DNA from: an uncultured bacterium
GTDB lineage: Bacteria; Patescibacteriota; Patescibacteriia; SG8-24; DYFX01
Reading direction: 5' to 3'
DNA length: 64,000 bases
NCBI GenBank assembly: GCA_937900255.1
Contig: CALCDZ010000004.1
Location: forward strand, 198,391 to 262,390
A program made the position numbers and the translations under genes. This document shows, piece by piece, positions 26,909 through 37,528 of the stretch. Position 1 is the first letter of the stretch. Each line of letters opens with the position of its first letter. The notes beneath the pieces were generated by a model. It made no database searches. It was given only the letters and a program-made list of their open reading frames with translations, and was not told the origin of the DNA.

Positions 26909-28413
26909 CGGAGACGGATTATACCGATCGCCAGAAACGGCTTCGTCGCCGCCTTGAGTTCGTGCCGGCCGCCTTCGTCTGGCTGACGCTGCTCGGCGCG
27001 GTGGCCTTGTCGCTGCTGAATCCGATCTGGGCGGTCTATTTCATCATCGCGTTCGACCTCTACTGGTTTTTCCGCGTGCTGTATTTCGTGATCTTCCTGA
27101 GCATCTCATGGGGCAGGCATAGGGGGGCGCTGCAGGTCGATTGGGAAGCGGAGCTGAAGCGTACGCCCGGCTGGGAACGCCTGCGGCATCTGGTCTTCCT
27201 TCCGACGTATAAGGAGGACGTCGAGATCATCCGCGCGACCTGCCGGAGCCTGCTCGATGCCAAGGTCGATCCGAAGACCATGCTGGTCGTCCTGGCCGGG
27301 GAGGAACGTGCCGGCCGCGATGAGTTCCTCGCGCGCGCCGAGGCGATCCGACAGGAATTCGGGAGCCGCTTCCTGAAGTTCGTCGTCACGGTCCATCCCT
27401 CCGACACCGTCGGGGAGATCGCCGGCAAGGGATCGAACCTCCACTACGCCGGCCCGTTCGCGCGCCAGGCGATCGACGACCTCGGCGCGGCATATGAGGA
27501 CGTCATCGTCTCGACGTTCGATGTCGACACGATCGCCCATCCGCAGTACTTCGCGCACCTCGCCAAGACCTATCTCGACGCGCCTGATCGGACGCGCGCC
27601 TCCTACCAGCCGGTCGTCCTCTATTCCAACAACATCTGGGACGCGCCCGCCATCATCCGCATCGCCGCCTTCGGGACGACCTTCTGGCTGCTTTCGGAAC
27701 TGGTCCGCCCGGATCGGCTCTTCACCTTCTCGTCGCACAGCATGCCGTTCAAGGCGTTGGTCGATGTCGGGTATTGGCAGCGCGACGTGGTCTCGGAGGA
27801 CTCCCGCATCTTCCTGCAGTGCCTCCTCCGCTACGACGGAGCCTACAGGGTCATCCCGCTGTACGTGCCGGTCTCGATGGACGCCGTGATGGCGCCGAGC
27901 TGGACCGGCAGTCTCGTCAACCTTTACAAGCAGCAGCGACGCTGGGCATGGGGCGTGGAACATTTCCCATACCTGGTGCTGAACTTCCTGGCGAACAAGG
28001 AGATTCCGCTCCGCAAGCGCCTTACCACGCTTTGGGTGCTGTTCGAAGGCATGTACACCTGGGCCACCGCTCCGGTCCTGATCTTCATCCTCGGCTGGCT
28101 GCCGCTCAACGTCGCGCGCTTGACCGGACGGCCGGAGGCCGTCTTCCAGAACGCCCCGCACACCCTGCAGTGGATCATGTCGTTCGCGATGCTCGGCGTC
28201 CTCGTTTCGGCGGTCCTTTCGCTGCCGCTCCTTCCGAGCCGCCCTGCCCACAAGAACCCCTACATGTTCGTCGTTATGCTGCTGCAGTGGATGCTCCTGC
28301 CGGTCACCTTCATCCTGTTCGGCGCGACTCCGGCCATCGAGGCGCAGACGCGCCTCATGATCGGGAAACGCCTGGGGTTCTGGGTCACTCCGAAAGAACT
28401 CAAGAAGACCTGA
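26893..28413 (+). CDS. Processive-type membrane GT2 glycosyltransferase
   Basis: LPTYKE, GKGSN, FDVD, SED, QQRRW (QxxRW); N- and C-terminal TMs. Confidence 0.9.
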   Translation: MDHALTETDYTDRQKRLRRRLEFVPAAFVWLTLLGAVALSLLNPIWAVYFIIAFDLYWFFRVLYFVIFLSISWGRHRGALQVDWEAELKRTPGWERLRHLVFLPTYKEDVEIIRATCRSLLDAKVDPKTMLVVLAGEERAGRDEFLARAEAIRQEFGSRFLKFVVTVHPSDTVGEIAGKGSNLHYAGPFARQAIDDLGAAYEDVIVSTFDVDTIAHPQYFAHLAKTYLDAPDRTRASYQPVVLYSNNIWDAPAIIRIAAFGTTFWLLSELVRPDRLFTFSSHSMPFKALVDVGYWQRDVVSEDSRIFLQCLLRYDGAYRVIPLYVPVSMDAVMAPSWTGSLVNLYKQQRRWAWGVEHFPYLVLNFLANKEIPLRKRLTTLWVLFEGMYTWATAPVLIFILGWLPLNVARLTGRPEAVFQNAPHTLQWIMSFAMLGVLVSAVLSLPLLPSRPAHKNPYMFVVMLLQWMLLPVTFILFGATPAIEAQTRLMIGKRLGFWVTPKELKKT

Positions 28414-28416
28414 AGT

Positions 28417-29463
28417 ATGGCCAGGATCTCCGTCCACATCGTGAGTTGGAACAGCGCGCGTTTTTTGGGGGACGCCGTCGATTCCTTGCGCGCGCAGACG
28501 TTCAAGGACTTCACCCTCACCTTGGTCGATAACGCATCGACCGACGGTTCCGTCGATGTCGTCCGTGAGCGGTTTCCCGAGGCGACGGTCCTCCGGAACT
28601 TCAAGAATCTCGGATTCAGCCACGGGCATAATCAGGCCATCGAGTTGGCGCGCAACCGCTGGGAAGCCGATGACGCGCGCGGGCGCAGCTCCGTCGACCG
28701 CTATGTCCTTGTCATGAACCCGGACGTCATCCTGACGCCGAACTTCCTCGAGAACCTGGTGAAAGGGATCGATGGTCGCTTTGAGGTCGGGAGCGCTTGC
28801 GGGCGGCTTCTCCGGGTACGGCGCGGCGTCGACGAGCCTGAGTTCACCGACATCGTCGATTCGGCCGGGCTTGTTTTGCGCAAGAACCGCGGGGCCGTGG
28901 ATCGCGGGGCGGGGGAGCATGACGGCCCTCCGTATGACGTCCCATCCGAAGTCTTCGGCGTGTCCGGAGCACTGGCGCTCGTGCGCGCGGAGGCGGTCGA
29001 GCGGCTTCGGGAAATCGACGGACAGGTCTTCGATGAGGATTTTTTCGCGTATAAGGAGGACGTCGATCTCGCCTGGAGGCTGCGCCTGCTCGGCTGGAAA
29101 GCGTCCTACGTGAACGCGGCGGTCGCGTATCACTATCGCGGGACCGGCGGCGACGAGAAGGCCGGTTTCTGGGAACGTTTCACCCGTCGCCGCAGGCGTT
29201 CGGCGCTGGTGAATCGCCTCTCGACCCGCAACCAGCTGCTGCTCACGGCCAAGAACGACGATGCGGTCAACCGCCTGCTGCATCTGCCTTGGATCTGCCC
29301 GCACGTCATCGGCACTTTCCTTTCCACGCTGCTCCTTACGCCGCGCGCGCTCGGCGCCTATGCTGAAGCGGTAGCGCTCCTGCCGAAGATGTGGAAGAAG
29401 CGTCGCGCCGTTTTCCGCATGCGCAAGGTTTCCGCGAAAGAGATCCGCGCCTGGTTCCGGTGA
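28417..29463 (+). CDS. GT2 family glycosyltransferase
   Basis: VDNASTDGS, NLGFSHGHN, MNPD, FAYKEDVDLAWR. Confidence 0.92.
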   Translation: MARISVHIVSWNSARFLGDAVDSLRAQTFKDFTLTLVDNASTDGSVDVVRERFPEATVLRNFKNLGFSHGHNQAIELARNRWEADDARGRSSVDRYVLVMNPDVILTPNFLENLVKGIDGRFEVGSACGRLLRVRRGVDEPEFTDIVDSAGLVLRKNRGAVDRGAGEHDGPPYDVPSEVFGVSGALALVRAEAVERLREIDGQVFDEDFFAYKEDVDLAWRLRLLGWKASYVNAAVAYHYRGTGGDEKAGFWERFTRRRRRSALVNRLSTRNQLLLTAKNDDAVNRLLHLPWICPHVIGTFLSTLLLTPRALGAYAEAVALLPKMWKKRRAVFRMRKVSAKEIRAWFR

Positions 29464-29464
29464 T

Positions 29465-30274
29465 ATGGACGTCAGCATCGTCATCGTCAACTACAAGACG
29501 CGCGGCATGGTCAAACAGGGCCTCAAGAGCCTGCGTGCGGCGCGCATCCGCTTGGATTACGAGATCTTCGTCGTGGATAACGCCTCGGACGACGGCCTGC
29601 CGGAACTGGTGCGCGAGCGTTTCCCGGAAGTCCGCTTGATCGCGCTCAAGAAGAACGTCGGCTTCGCCGCAGGCAACAACCTCGCGTTCCGCAAGGCGAA
29701 AGGGAAGTACGTGTTCGTCCTGAATCCGGACGCCATGGTCGACGCCGGCGCCGTCGAGGCGATGTTCGCGTACATGGAGACGCACCCGGAGGTCGGCGTG
29801 CTCGGCCCGAAGCTCGTGCGTCCCGACGGCGCGCGCCAGGAGTCCGTACATCGGTTCCCGACGCCGTGGATCCCGATCTACAGGCGCACGCCGCTCGGCC
29901 GCTTGGCGCGCGCCAGGGCGGCACTCGACCGCTACGCCATGCGCGGAGAGATCGGCGATGCCCCGATGGAGGTCGATTGGATGGAAGGCGCGGCGCTGTT
30001 CGTGCGTCGCAAGGCGATCGATGAAGTCGGCATGTTCGACGAGCGGTTTTTCGTCTATTTCGAGGATGCCGACTGGTGCCGCCGTTTCTGGGGCGCAGGC
30101 TGGAAGGTCGTCTACGATCCCGCAGTCCGGATCATCCACTATCACCGCCGCGAATCGGCAGACGCGCTCTGGTTCCTCGCGCCGATCATCAACAAGGTTT
30201 CCCGCATCCACATCGGAAGCGCCTGGAAGTATTTCATGAAATGGAGGGGCCTGCCGTCGCCTAGGCCGAGGTGA
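29465..30274 (+). CDS. GT2 glycosyltransferase (WbbL-like rhamnosyltransferase)
   Basis: VSIVIVNY, VDNAS, GFAAGNN, LNPD, FDERFFVYFEDADWC. Confidence 0.9.
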   Translation: MDVSIVIVNYKTRGMVKQGLKSLRAARIRLDYEIFVVDNASDDGLPELVRERFPEVRLIALKKNVGFAAGNNLAFRKAKGKYVFVLNPDAMVDAGAVEAMFAYMETHPEVGVLGPKLVRPDGARQESVHRFPTPWIPIYRRTPLGRLARARAALDRYAMRGEIGDAPMEVDWMEGAALFVRRKAIDEVGMFDERFFVYFEDADWCRRFWGAGWKVVYDPAVRIIHYHRRESADALWFLAPIINKVSRIHIGSAWKYFMKWRGLPSPRPR

Positions 30275-30318
30275 TCGCGGAGGCCTCCCTTGCGCGGCCG
30301 CGTGCTATACTGGAGACC

Positions 30319-32322
30319 GTGGAGACGTATCGTCACAACCTGCTCGGGCATCACGAACTTCCGCACGTGCGACGGCGGAAGGTTCTTCGGCGATACGCGC
30401 TGCATGCGTCGCTCGGATTGCTCGCCTTGACGGTCATCGTGGGCGCGGCTATCGCGTTGCCCGCCTTGTCGGCGGCCCGCGTGCTGTATGCCCAGGCCAG
30501 CGCCGCGCGGGACGACCTGTTCGCCGCCAAGGACGCGGCGGAAAAACTCGACTTCAAGGGAGCTTCCTCGGATCTCGACGATGCCGTCGATCGTTTCGCG
30601 GCCGCGCGGGAAGCGCAGGCGAAACTCCGGCTCGCCGGAAGGCTGCCGTTTTTCCGTAAGGAGATCGAGGCCGCAGGCGACCTGGTGGAGGGGGGGTATG
30701 AAGCCTCCGTCGCGCTCAGGGAAACGATCGACGTCGGCGCCGATCTCGTGGCCGTCCTGAAAGGCGGCGCCTCGGCCGCCGGAACGGTGGCAGGCGTCTC
30801 AAGCGACCAGAGGCCCGTCTCGCAACTCACTGCGGAGGAGAAGCGGGCGCTCCTGCAGCAGCTGTCGCAGGCGCCGGATCGGCTCGGCCTGGCGCGCGCC
30901 TCGCTTGACCGCGCCTTGGCGGCCTGGGGGCGCGTCCCGCGCACCCCGCTCACTTCGGGCATCCTGGATTCGATCGCGCCCTACGAGACCCAGCTTACCG
31001 AATTGCGGGAAGCGCTCAGCCAGGACCTCTCGTCCCTGGCGGTCCTGCCGTCCGTATTGGGCTACCCGGAACCGAAGACGTACCTGTTCCTGATGCTCAA
31101 TAACACCGAACTGCGTCCCGGCGGGGGGTTCATCGGCACCTACGGCGTATTGAAGGTCGCGGACGGAGAGATCCGCTCCTTCTTCACCGATGACGTCTAC
31201 GCGCTCGACGGCCCTTCGGAGCCGTACATGCGCGAGACCCCGCCCGATCCGCTCAAGAAGTACTTGCGCGTGCCGAGCTGGTATTTGCGCGACGCCAACT
31301 GGTCGCCGGATTTCGTCGTTTCTGCCATGCAAGCGGAACGCCTGTACCGTCTCGAGGGCGGCAAGGAGACGTTCGACGGCGTGATCGGCGTGACGCCGAC
31401 CGTCGTCTCGAAGCTCCTGGCGCTGACCGGTCCGATCCAGATCGACGGCTCGACGTTCACCAAAGACAACGTGACCGATGAGCTCGAATATCAGGTGGAG
31501 AAAGCTTTCGCGGCCAACGGCATCCCGGCGGCGCAGCGCAAAGACGTGGTCGGGAAACTCGGCCAGGAACTGGTGCGGAGGCTGCTCGGTACCCGGCTTT
31601 CGGAACTCCCGTCCCTGGCGGAAGTCGCTCAGGAATCGGTTTCCGAAAAGCACCTGCTCGTCTCGTTCAGCGACCAGGCCTTGCAGGAGTTCGCCGACGC
31701 GCGCGGGTGGACCGGTCGCTTCCGGACGGCGGATGGCGACCGTCTCGCGGTCGTGAGCGCCAACCTGGCTTCGCTCAAGAGCGATGCCGTCGTCGACAAG
31801 TCGGTCAGTTATACCCTGAGGCCCGACAAGGGATCATGGATCGCTGCCGCGGCCGTAACGTACAGGAACAAAGGCCGCTTCACCTGGAAGACGACGCGCT
31901 ATCGCACCTACACCCGCTTCTACGCCCCGATCGGAAGCGCTTTCATCAAGGGGGAGGGGATGATGCAGGATGACAAGCTCAACGATCCCGGACGGCATGC
32001 GGGGACGATCGATGTCGGCACGGAGCTCGGGTCGGCCGTCTTCGGCGGCTTCATCTCGGTCGAGCCGGGCGAGACGCGCACGCTCAAGGTGGAATATCGC
32101 GTCTCCGATGCCGTGGCGGACATGATCCGGTCCGGCCGATACCGGCTCGGCGTCAGGAAGCAGCTCGGTACCCTGGCCGACAGTTTGACGCTCGACCTCG
32201 ATTTTGGTAAGAACGTAGCGCGCGCGACGCCGCCCGAAGACGCCAGTCAATGGGGCGACGCCCGCTATCGCCTTTCTTCCGACCTGCGCACCGACCGCGA
32301 ATTTTCGGTCGATTTCCGGTAA
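30319..32322 (+). CDS. DUF4012 domain membrane-anchored protein
   Basis: YLFLMLNNTELRPGGGFIGTYG, LRDANWSPDF; start at GTG 7 nt after TGcTATACT (alternative start 30271). Confidence 0.88.
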   Translation: METYRHNLLGHHELPHVRRRKVLRRYALHASLGLLALTVIVGAAIALPALSAARVLYAQASAARDDLFAAKDAAEKLDFKGASSDLDDAVDRFAAAREAQAKLRLAGRLPFFRKEIEAAGDLVEGGYEASVALRETIDVGADLVAVLKGGASAAGTVAGVSSDQRPVSQLTAEEKRALLQQLSQAPDRLGLARASLDRALAAWGRVPRTPLTSGILDSIAPYETQLTELREALSQDLSSLAVLPSVLGYPEPKTYLFLMLNNTELRPGGGFIGTYGVLKVADGEIRSFFTDDVYALDGPSEPYMRETPPDPLKKYLRVPSWYLRDANWSPDFVVSAMQAERLYRLEGGKETFDGVIGVTPTVVSKLLALTGPIQIDGSTFTKDNVTDELEYQVEKAFAANGIPAAQRKDVVGKLGQELVRRLLGTRLSELPSLAEVAQESVSEKHLLVSFSDQALQEFADARGWTGRFRTADGDRLAVVSANLASLKSDAVVDKSVSYTLRPDKGSWIAAAAVTYRNKGRFTWKTTRYRTYTRFYAPIGSAFIKGEGMMQDDKLNDPGRHAGTIDVGTELGSAVFGGFISVEPGETRTLKVEYRVSDAVADMIRSGRYRLGVRKQLGTLADSLTLDLDFGKNVARATPPEDASQWGDARYRLSSDLRTDREFSVDFR

Positions 32323-32328
32323 TACCCA

Positions 32329-33336
32329 ATGCTTATCAAGAAAATCGGCATCGACCTGGGCACCACCAGCGTCCTGGTCTATGCGCCCAAGCGCGGCATC
32401 ATCATGAACGAACCGTCGGTCGTCGCCATCTCGACGGTCGATAAGAGGATTTTGGCCGTCGGCAAGGAGGCCAAGGAGATGCTCGGCCGCACGCCCGACA
32501 CCATCGTGGCGGTGCGTCCGCTCAAGGAAGGCGTGATCGCCGACTACAAGACGACCGAAGCGATGCTCCGGTATTTCATCAACAAGGCCGTCGGCGGCAT
32601 GCGCGTCTTCCGTCCAGAAGTCATGGTGGCCGTGCCGGGCGGCATTACGTCGGTGGAGCGCCGCGCCGTCATCGACGCGACCATCGCCGCAGGCGCCCGC
32701 GCCGCCTACATCATCAAGGAGCCGGTCGTGGCTGCCATCGGCGCCGACATCCCGATCGGATCGCCTTCGGGTCACATGATCATCGACATCGGCGGCGGCA
32801 CCGCCGAGATGGCCGTCATCTCGCTGGGCGGCATCGTCGCCTCGGATTCCGTGCGCGTGGGCGGCAACAAGCTCGACGCCGCCATCGCCGAGCACATCCG
32901 CCGCAAGTACGGCATGTCGATCGGAGAGCGCACTGCCGAGGAGATCAAGATCCAGATCGGGTCCGCGCTCTACCTCGACGAGAAGCTCACGATGGAGTGC
33001 AAGGGCCGCGACATGATCACGGGCCTGCCGCGCATCATCACCGTCACCTCCGACGACGTGACCGACGCCATCCAGGCCGAACTCGAGGAACTCGTGGCCA
33101 AGCTGAAGGAAGTCCTGCGCCGCACGCCGCCGGAGCTTTCCGCTGACGTGATGGAAAAGGGGATGATCCTCTCCGGCGGTTCCTCGCAGCTCCGCAACCT
33201 CGACCGTCTCCTGGCCAAAGCCACCGGCGTCCCGGCCTACGTCGCCGACGAACCCCAGCTCTGCGTCGCCAAAGGCACCGGCGTAGCCCTCGAGAACCTG
33301 GAATCCTACAAGCGCTCGATCCTGGCGATGCGGTGA
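32329..33336 (+). CDS. mreB: Rod shape-determining actin homolog
   Basis: IGIDLGT, EPSVVA, RPLKEGVIAD, DIGGGT, GERTAEEIK, TPPELSAD. Confidence 0.97.
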   Translation: MLIKKIGIDLGTTSVLVYAPKRGIIMNEPSVVAISTVDKRILAVGKEAKEMLGRTPDTIVAVRPLKEGVIADYKTTEAMLRYFINKAVGGMRVFRPEVMVAVPGGITSVERRAVIDATIAAGARAAYIIKEPVVAAIGADIPIGSPSGHMIIDIGGGTAEMAVISLGGIVASDSVRVGGNKLDAAIAEHIRRKYGMSIGERTAEEIKIQIGSALYLDEKLTMECKGRDMITGLPRIITVTSDDVTDAIQAELEELVAKLKEVLRRTPPELSADVMEKGMILSGGSSQLRNLDRLLAKATGVPAYVADEPQLCVAKGTGVALENLESYKRSILAMR

Positions 33337-33362
33337 CGCGGGGCGGTTCTCCGCCTCCATCC

Positions 33363-33392
33363 TCGAAAAATCCCCGTAAGGGGATTTTTCGG
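33363..33392. terminator. Hairpin after mreB
   Basis: CGAAAAATCCCC-GTAA-GGGGATTTTTCG. Confidence 0.6.
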
Positions 33393-33419
33393 TCGCGACA
33401 TATGCTACACTTCTCCCAT

Positions 33420-34394
33420 ATGAAACTCCGTTGGCAGTGGAAACGTTGGCCGGTCGCGCTTGCGGTCTTCCTTTTTGCGGGCGCGGACGCCTTGGCGCAT
33501 GAGAAGTGGTACGTCGACGCGCATGCCGTCCCGCCGGGGCCGCCGGCCTTCCTGCGGGTCGATCCGGTGTTCGCCGGCGTGTCCGTCGCCATCGCGATCG
33601 CTTTGTTCCTCCTCGCCACCTGGGTCGACCGTCGGATGGACGGCTCGCGGCTGATGCGGGCGTTCGACGAGCGCATGGCGCGGGCGCGCATCAGCCCGCA
33701 CGCGGTGCTCGGCGCGCTCCTCGGCGCATCGCTCATGGGCGCCGGACTTCAGCAGACGCTCTTCTCGCCGAACTTGGCGCTGCCGGCCACGACGTGGGGG
33801 GCGGTCCTGGGTATCGTCGAAATCGGTCTCGGCACGCTGATGCTGTTCCTCGAACCGTTCTATCCGGAGCTCAGTGTCGTCCTCATTCTGCTCTTCCTCT
33901 CCGGTTTTACCGTCCTGCCGTTCTGGGACCAGATGGAGGAGCTGCTGATCGTCGGCGCGGCCATCTTCTTCATCTGCAACGAGACCATCCGTTCTCCCTG
34001 GAAGGCGTGGAACACGCCGGAGCGCAGGCGTCTCGGCTATCAGGCCTTCCGCGTCCTCGTCGGATTGAATTTCCTGGTGCTGTCGACCGTGAAATGGCTG
34101 CGGCCGGAGCTCGGCCTGGCGGTGGTCGCGCGCTACCACATCAATTTCCTCGCGTGGCTGCACGTCAGTGATCCGCAGTTCGTCTTCCTCGCCGCCATCG
34201 TCGAGACGATGGTCGCGCTCTGCATCCTGCTGCGCGTCGCTTTCCGTCCGGCACTCATGGCGGCGTTCGTCTTCTTCACCCTCTCGATCTTCTTCCTGGG
34301 CTTCAGGGAACTGCTGGGGCACCTGCCGATCAAGGCGGCCATCTTCCTGTTCTTCGTCTACGGCCATTGGCACAAGGACGAAGCCAAGCCATAA
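33420..34394 (+). CDS. DoxX-like multi-TM membrane protein
   Basis: AHEKWY after a signal-like segment, ~8 TMs, C-terminal ELLGHLPI. Confidence 0.65.
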   Translation: MKLRWQWKRWPVALAVFLFAGADALAHEKWYVDAHAVPPGPPAFLRVDPVFAGVSVAIAIALFLLATWVDRRMDGSRLMRAFDERMARARISPHAVLGALLGASLMGAGLQQTLFSPNLALPATTWGAVLGIVEIGLGTLMLFLEPFYPELSVVLILLFLSGFTVLPFWDQMEELLIVGAAIFFICNETIRSPWKAWNTPERRRLGYQAFRVLVGLNFLVLSTVKWLRPELGLAVVARYHINFLAWLHVSDPQFVFLAAIVETMVALCILLRVAFRPALMAAFVFFTLSIFFLGFRELLGHLPIKAAIFLFFVYGHWHKDEAKP

Positions 34395-34403
34395 GCGCGA
34401 CGC

Positions 34404-35549
34404 ATGGCACTCATCGGCATCGACGCCAGCCGCGCCAACGCGCGCGAACGCACCGGCACCGAGTGGTATTCCTACTACTTGATCCAGGCCCTGAAGCGGC
34501 TTCAGGTGCCGGGATTGGAATACGTCCTGTACTCCAAGAAAATCCTTCAGGACGGCCTGGAGGCGTTTCCGCCGGGCTGGAGCGGGAAGGTCCTCCATTG
34601 GCGCAGCCAGCGGTTCTGGAACCAGTTCCGGTTGTCCTGGGAGCTCTCTCGCCATCCGGTCGACCTGTTCTTCCAGCCGACGCACACCCTGCCCCTCTTC
34701 GCGCCGAAGCGTTCGGTCACCACCTTGCATGACATCGGGTTCGAGCGGATGCCGAAGCTCTATCGTCCGGCCGAACTGCGGTACCATCGCTATTCGGCGC
34801 AGCTGGCGGTGAAGCGCGCCGACCGCATCCTGACCGTCTCGGAATTCTCCAAACGCGAGATCGTGGACCGCTATCGGTTGCCGCCCGGACGCGTGACCGT
34901 CACGCCGCTCGCCGTCGATCCGGCGCGCTACCACCCGGGCATCGCCGAGGAAGCGAAGGAAGCCGTGCTCGCGAAGTATCGCCTGACGCTCCCGTTCATG
35001 ATTTACGTCGGGCGCGTCGAGGAGAAGAAGAACATCGTCAATCTCGTCCATGCCTTTTCGCTCTTCAAGGAACGGCGCGGCGTCGGCGATCCGGTGAAGC
35101 TGTTGCTCGTGGGCAGCCCCGGCTTCGGCATCGAGCGGATCCGGAGGGAGATCGCCGCGCGGAAGCTCGAGTCGGCGGTCCTTATGCCCGGTTACGTGCC
35201 GGAAACGGAAGTGCCGGCCCTCATCGCCGCCGCCAAGCTCCTGCTCCTGCCTTCCTGGTACGAAGGGTTCGGCCTGCCGATCATCCAGGCGCAGGCTTGC
35301 GGGACGCCGGTCATCGCTTCCGACGTCGCATCGATGCCTGAGGTCGGCGGCGACGCGGCGCTCTATGCGGGACCGGACGAGCCGGAACGTCTGGCGGAAG
35401 CCATGCGGTCCCTGATGGATGATTACGCTGCCTGGGAGCGTTGCCGCTCCCTCGGTTTTGAGAACGCCAGACGTTTTTCCTGGGAGAAGACGGCCCGCTT
35501 GACGATGGACGCGTTCCTTGAGGTACTGGGGGTCCAAGGCCCCGTATGA
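34404..35549 (+). CDS. GT4 family glycosyltransferase
   Basis: [41 protein letters not shown]. Confidence 0.92.
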   Translation: MALIGIDASRANARERTGTEWYSYYLIQALKRLQVPGLEYVLYSKKILQDGLEAFPPGWSGKVLHWRSQRFWNQFRLSWELSRHPVDLFFQPTHTLPLFAPKRSVTTLHDIGFERMPKLYRPAELRYHRYSAQLAVKRADRILTVSEFSKREIVDRYRLPPGRVTVTPLAVDPARYHPGIAEEAKEAVLAKYRLTLPFMIYVGRVEEKKNIVNLVHAFSLFKERRGVGDPVKLLLVGSPGFGIERIRREIAARKLESAVLMPGYVPETEVPALIAAAKLLLLPSWYEGFGLPIIQAQACGTPVIASDVASMPEVGGDAALYAGPDEPERLAEAMRSLMDDYAAWERCRSLGFENARRFSWEKTARLTMDAFLEVLGVQGPV

Positions 35550-36451
35550 ACGACGTCTTCTCTTCCATCATCGGGCACGAGCGCGCCGTCGAACGTCTCC
35601 GCATCATGCTGGCGAACGGCGTCTTTCCGCATGCGCTCGTCCTGCATGGACCCCGCCGGCTCGGAAAGATGACGATCGCGCTGGCCGCCGCCGCCGGGCT
35701 GCTCGGCACGGATGCGCCCGGGCGGCATCCGGACTTCCGGCTGATCGCCCGTCCGCGCGACGAAAAGACCGACAAGCTCAAGCAGCGGATACCGATCGAT
35801 GCCGTCCGCGCCCTCCAGGAGCATCTGCGGATGAGCGCGTTCCTGGGCGGAGCGAAGGTCGCTGTCGTCGACGAGGCTGAAACCCTGAGCGAGGAGGCGG
35901 CCAACGCGTTCCTGAAGACGCTGGAAGAACCGTCGCCCCGCACGAGCATCATCATGTGCGTCGAAAGCGCGGACCGGCTGCCGGGAACGATCTTGAGCCG
36001 TTCGGCGCTCGTGGAGCTGCGCCGCGTCTCCCAAAGCGCGCTTGCGACTGCCCTGGAAGCGCGCGGGCTGGCCCCGAAAGCCGCCGCGCGCGCCGCATCC
36101 CGCAGCGACGGGCGTCCGGGGCAAGCGCTCGGATTCCTGGAGGGGGGCGATATGGTAGACTGGTACGAGACCGAGGAACGGCGTTGGCGCTCGCTGCGCG
36201 GCGCGCCGGACCACCGGCGCTTCGCCGCATTGTCCGACCTGGCGCCGCCGCGCGCCGACCGCGAGGAGGCCGTGCTCCGGATCCGCGGCGTCATCGACCT
36301 TTGGCGCTCCTTCCTGCGCCAGGAACTCCTGGCGGGGGAGCCGTCGGCCGCCGCCAACCTTCGCCGCCTCCAGACGCTTCAACGCGCGCTCGACGTCAAC
36401 GTCCAGCCGCGCGCCCTCCTTGAACGCTTCGCCTTAACGCTCGACCGATGA
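35546..36451 (+). CDS. holB: DNA polymerase III delta' subunit
   Basis: IIGH, HALVLHGP..GK, HPDF, AANAFLKTLEEP, TILSR. Confidence 0.88.
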   Translation: MNDVFSSIIGHERAVERLRIMLANGVFPHALVLHGPRRLGKMTIALAAAAGLLGTDAPGRHPDFRLIARPRDEKTDKLKQRIPIDAVRALQEHLRMSAFLGGAKVAVVDEAETLSEEAANAFLKTLEEPSPRTSIIMCVESADRLPGTILSRSALVELRRVSQSALATALEARGLAPKAAARAASRSDGRPGQALGFLEGGDMVDWYETEERRWRSLRGAPDHRRFAALSDLAPPRADREEAVLRIRGVIDLWRSFLRQELLAGEPSAAANLRRLQTLQRALDVNVQPRALLERFALTLDR

Positions 36452-37524
36452 CTATGCGCCTGAACAAGAATCTCGCCCTGCTGGCGGCCGCCCTGCTGCT
36501 CGTCGGACAGGGCTGCATCCAGATCACCGGCGCCGGCGGATCCTCCAGCTCCGCGGGGGGGATCTTCCGTTCGTCCGACCGCGGCGCGTCCTGGCAGCAG
36601 AAATCGTCGATCGCGACGGTCGGCGCGTCGCGCGGCTTCGGCACCCTCAACATCACGACGCTTGCGTTCGATCCGTCCGACCGCAAGGCGCTGTATGCCG
36701 GCACGGAAGGCGGCCTCTTCTACTCCTATGACGGAGGCGATGCCTGGCAGGGGGCGGGCGCGCTCGGAGCCGTGCCGGTGACGTCCGTGGCCGTGAGCCC
36801 TTCCGACAAGTGCGTCGTCTTCGTCGGCACCGGCAACAAGGTCATGCGCAGCGACGACTGTTCCCGCAGCTGGACGAACGTCTACTTCGACCCGCGTTCC
36901 GGCACGCGCATCACGAGCGTCAAGATCGATTTCTTCAATCCTTCCAACATCTACGCGGCGACGAGCCAGGGAGACTTCCTGAAAAGCTCGGACTCCGGCG
37001 CCTCCTGGAGCCCGATCCACCGCTTCGACAACGAGATCCGGCAAGTCCTGATGACGGCGGCCGATTCCCGCGTGATGTACGCGGTCACCCGCAGCAAGGG
37101 GCTCTGGAAATCGACGGACGCCGGCCTCACATGGGCGGATCTCAGCTCCGGGATGGGCGCCTATGCCGGCGCGCTCGACAACATGATGGCGGTCGAGGAC
37201 GTGGCGAAGGGCAACAGTCTCGTCGTCGCTTCCAACTACGGCCTGCTGCGCAGCGTCGACGGCGGTTCGAGCTGGAAGCCGGTCACGCTCCTGACGCCTC
37301 CCGGCTCCACCGTGATCTATTCGCTCGCGCTCGATCCCAAGAACTCCAGCTTCATCGCGTACGGCACGCTCAGCACGCTGTATCGCAGCGTCGACGGCGG
37401 CTCCAAATGGACCACCTCCAAACTTCCGTCGACGCGCGCGGCGACGCTGTTGCTGATGGATCCGTCGGGTTCCGGCACGATCTACATGGGCACCTCGCTT
37501 ATCAAACAAAATAGCGCCTTCTGA
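36448..37524 (+). CDS. Lipoprotein with BNR/Asp-box beta-propeller
   Basis: LLLVGQG-C lipobox; seven SxDxGxxW-type Asp boxes. Confidence 0.88.
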   Translation: MTMRLNKNLALLAAALLLVGQGCIQITGAGGSSSSAGGIFRSSDRGASWQQKSSIATVGASRGFGTLNITTLAFDPSDRKALYAGTEGGLFYSYDGGDAWQGAGALGAVPVTSVAVSPSDKCVVFVGTGNKVMRSDDCSRSWTNVYFDPRSGTRITSVKIDFFNPSNIYAATSQGDFLKSSDSGASWSPIHRFDNEIRQVLMTAADSRVMYAVTRSKGLWKSTDAGLTWADLSSGMGAYAGALDNMMAVEDVAKGNSLVVASNYGLLRSVDGGSSWKPVTLLTPPGSTVIYSLALDPKNSSFIAYGTLSTLYRSVDGGSKWTTSKLPSTRAATLLLMDPSGSGTIYMGTSLIKQNSAF

Positions 37525-37528
37525 ACGT

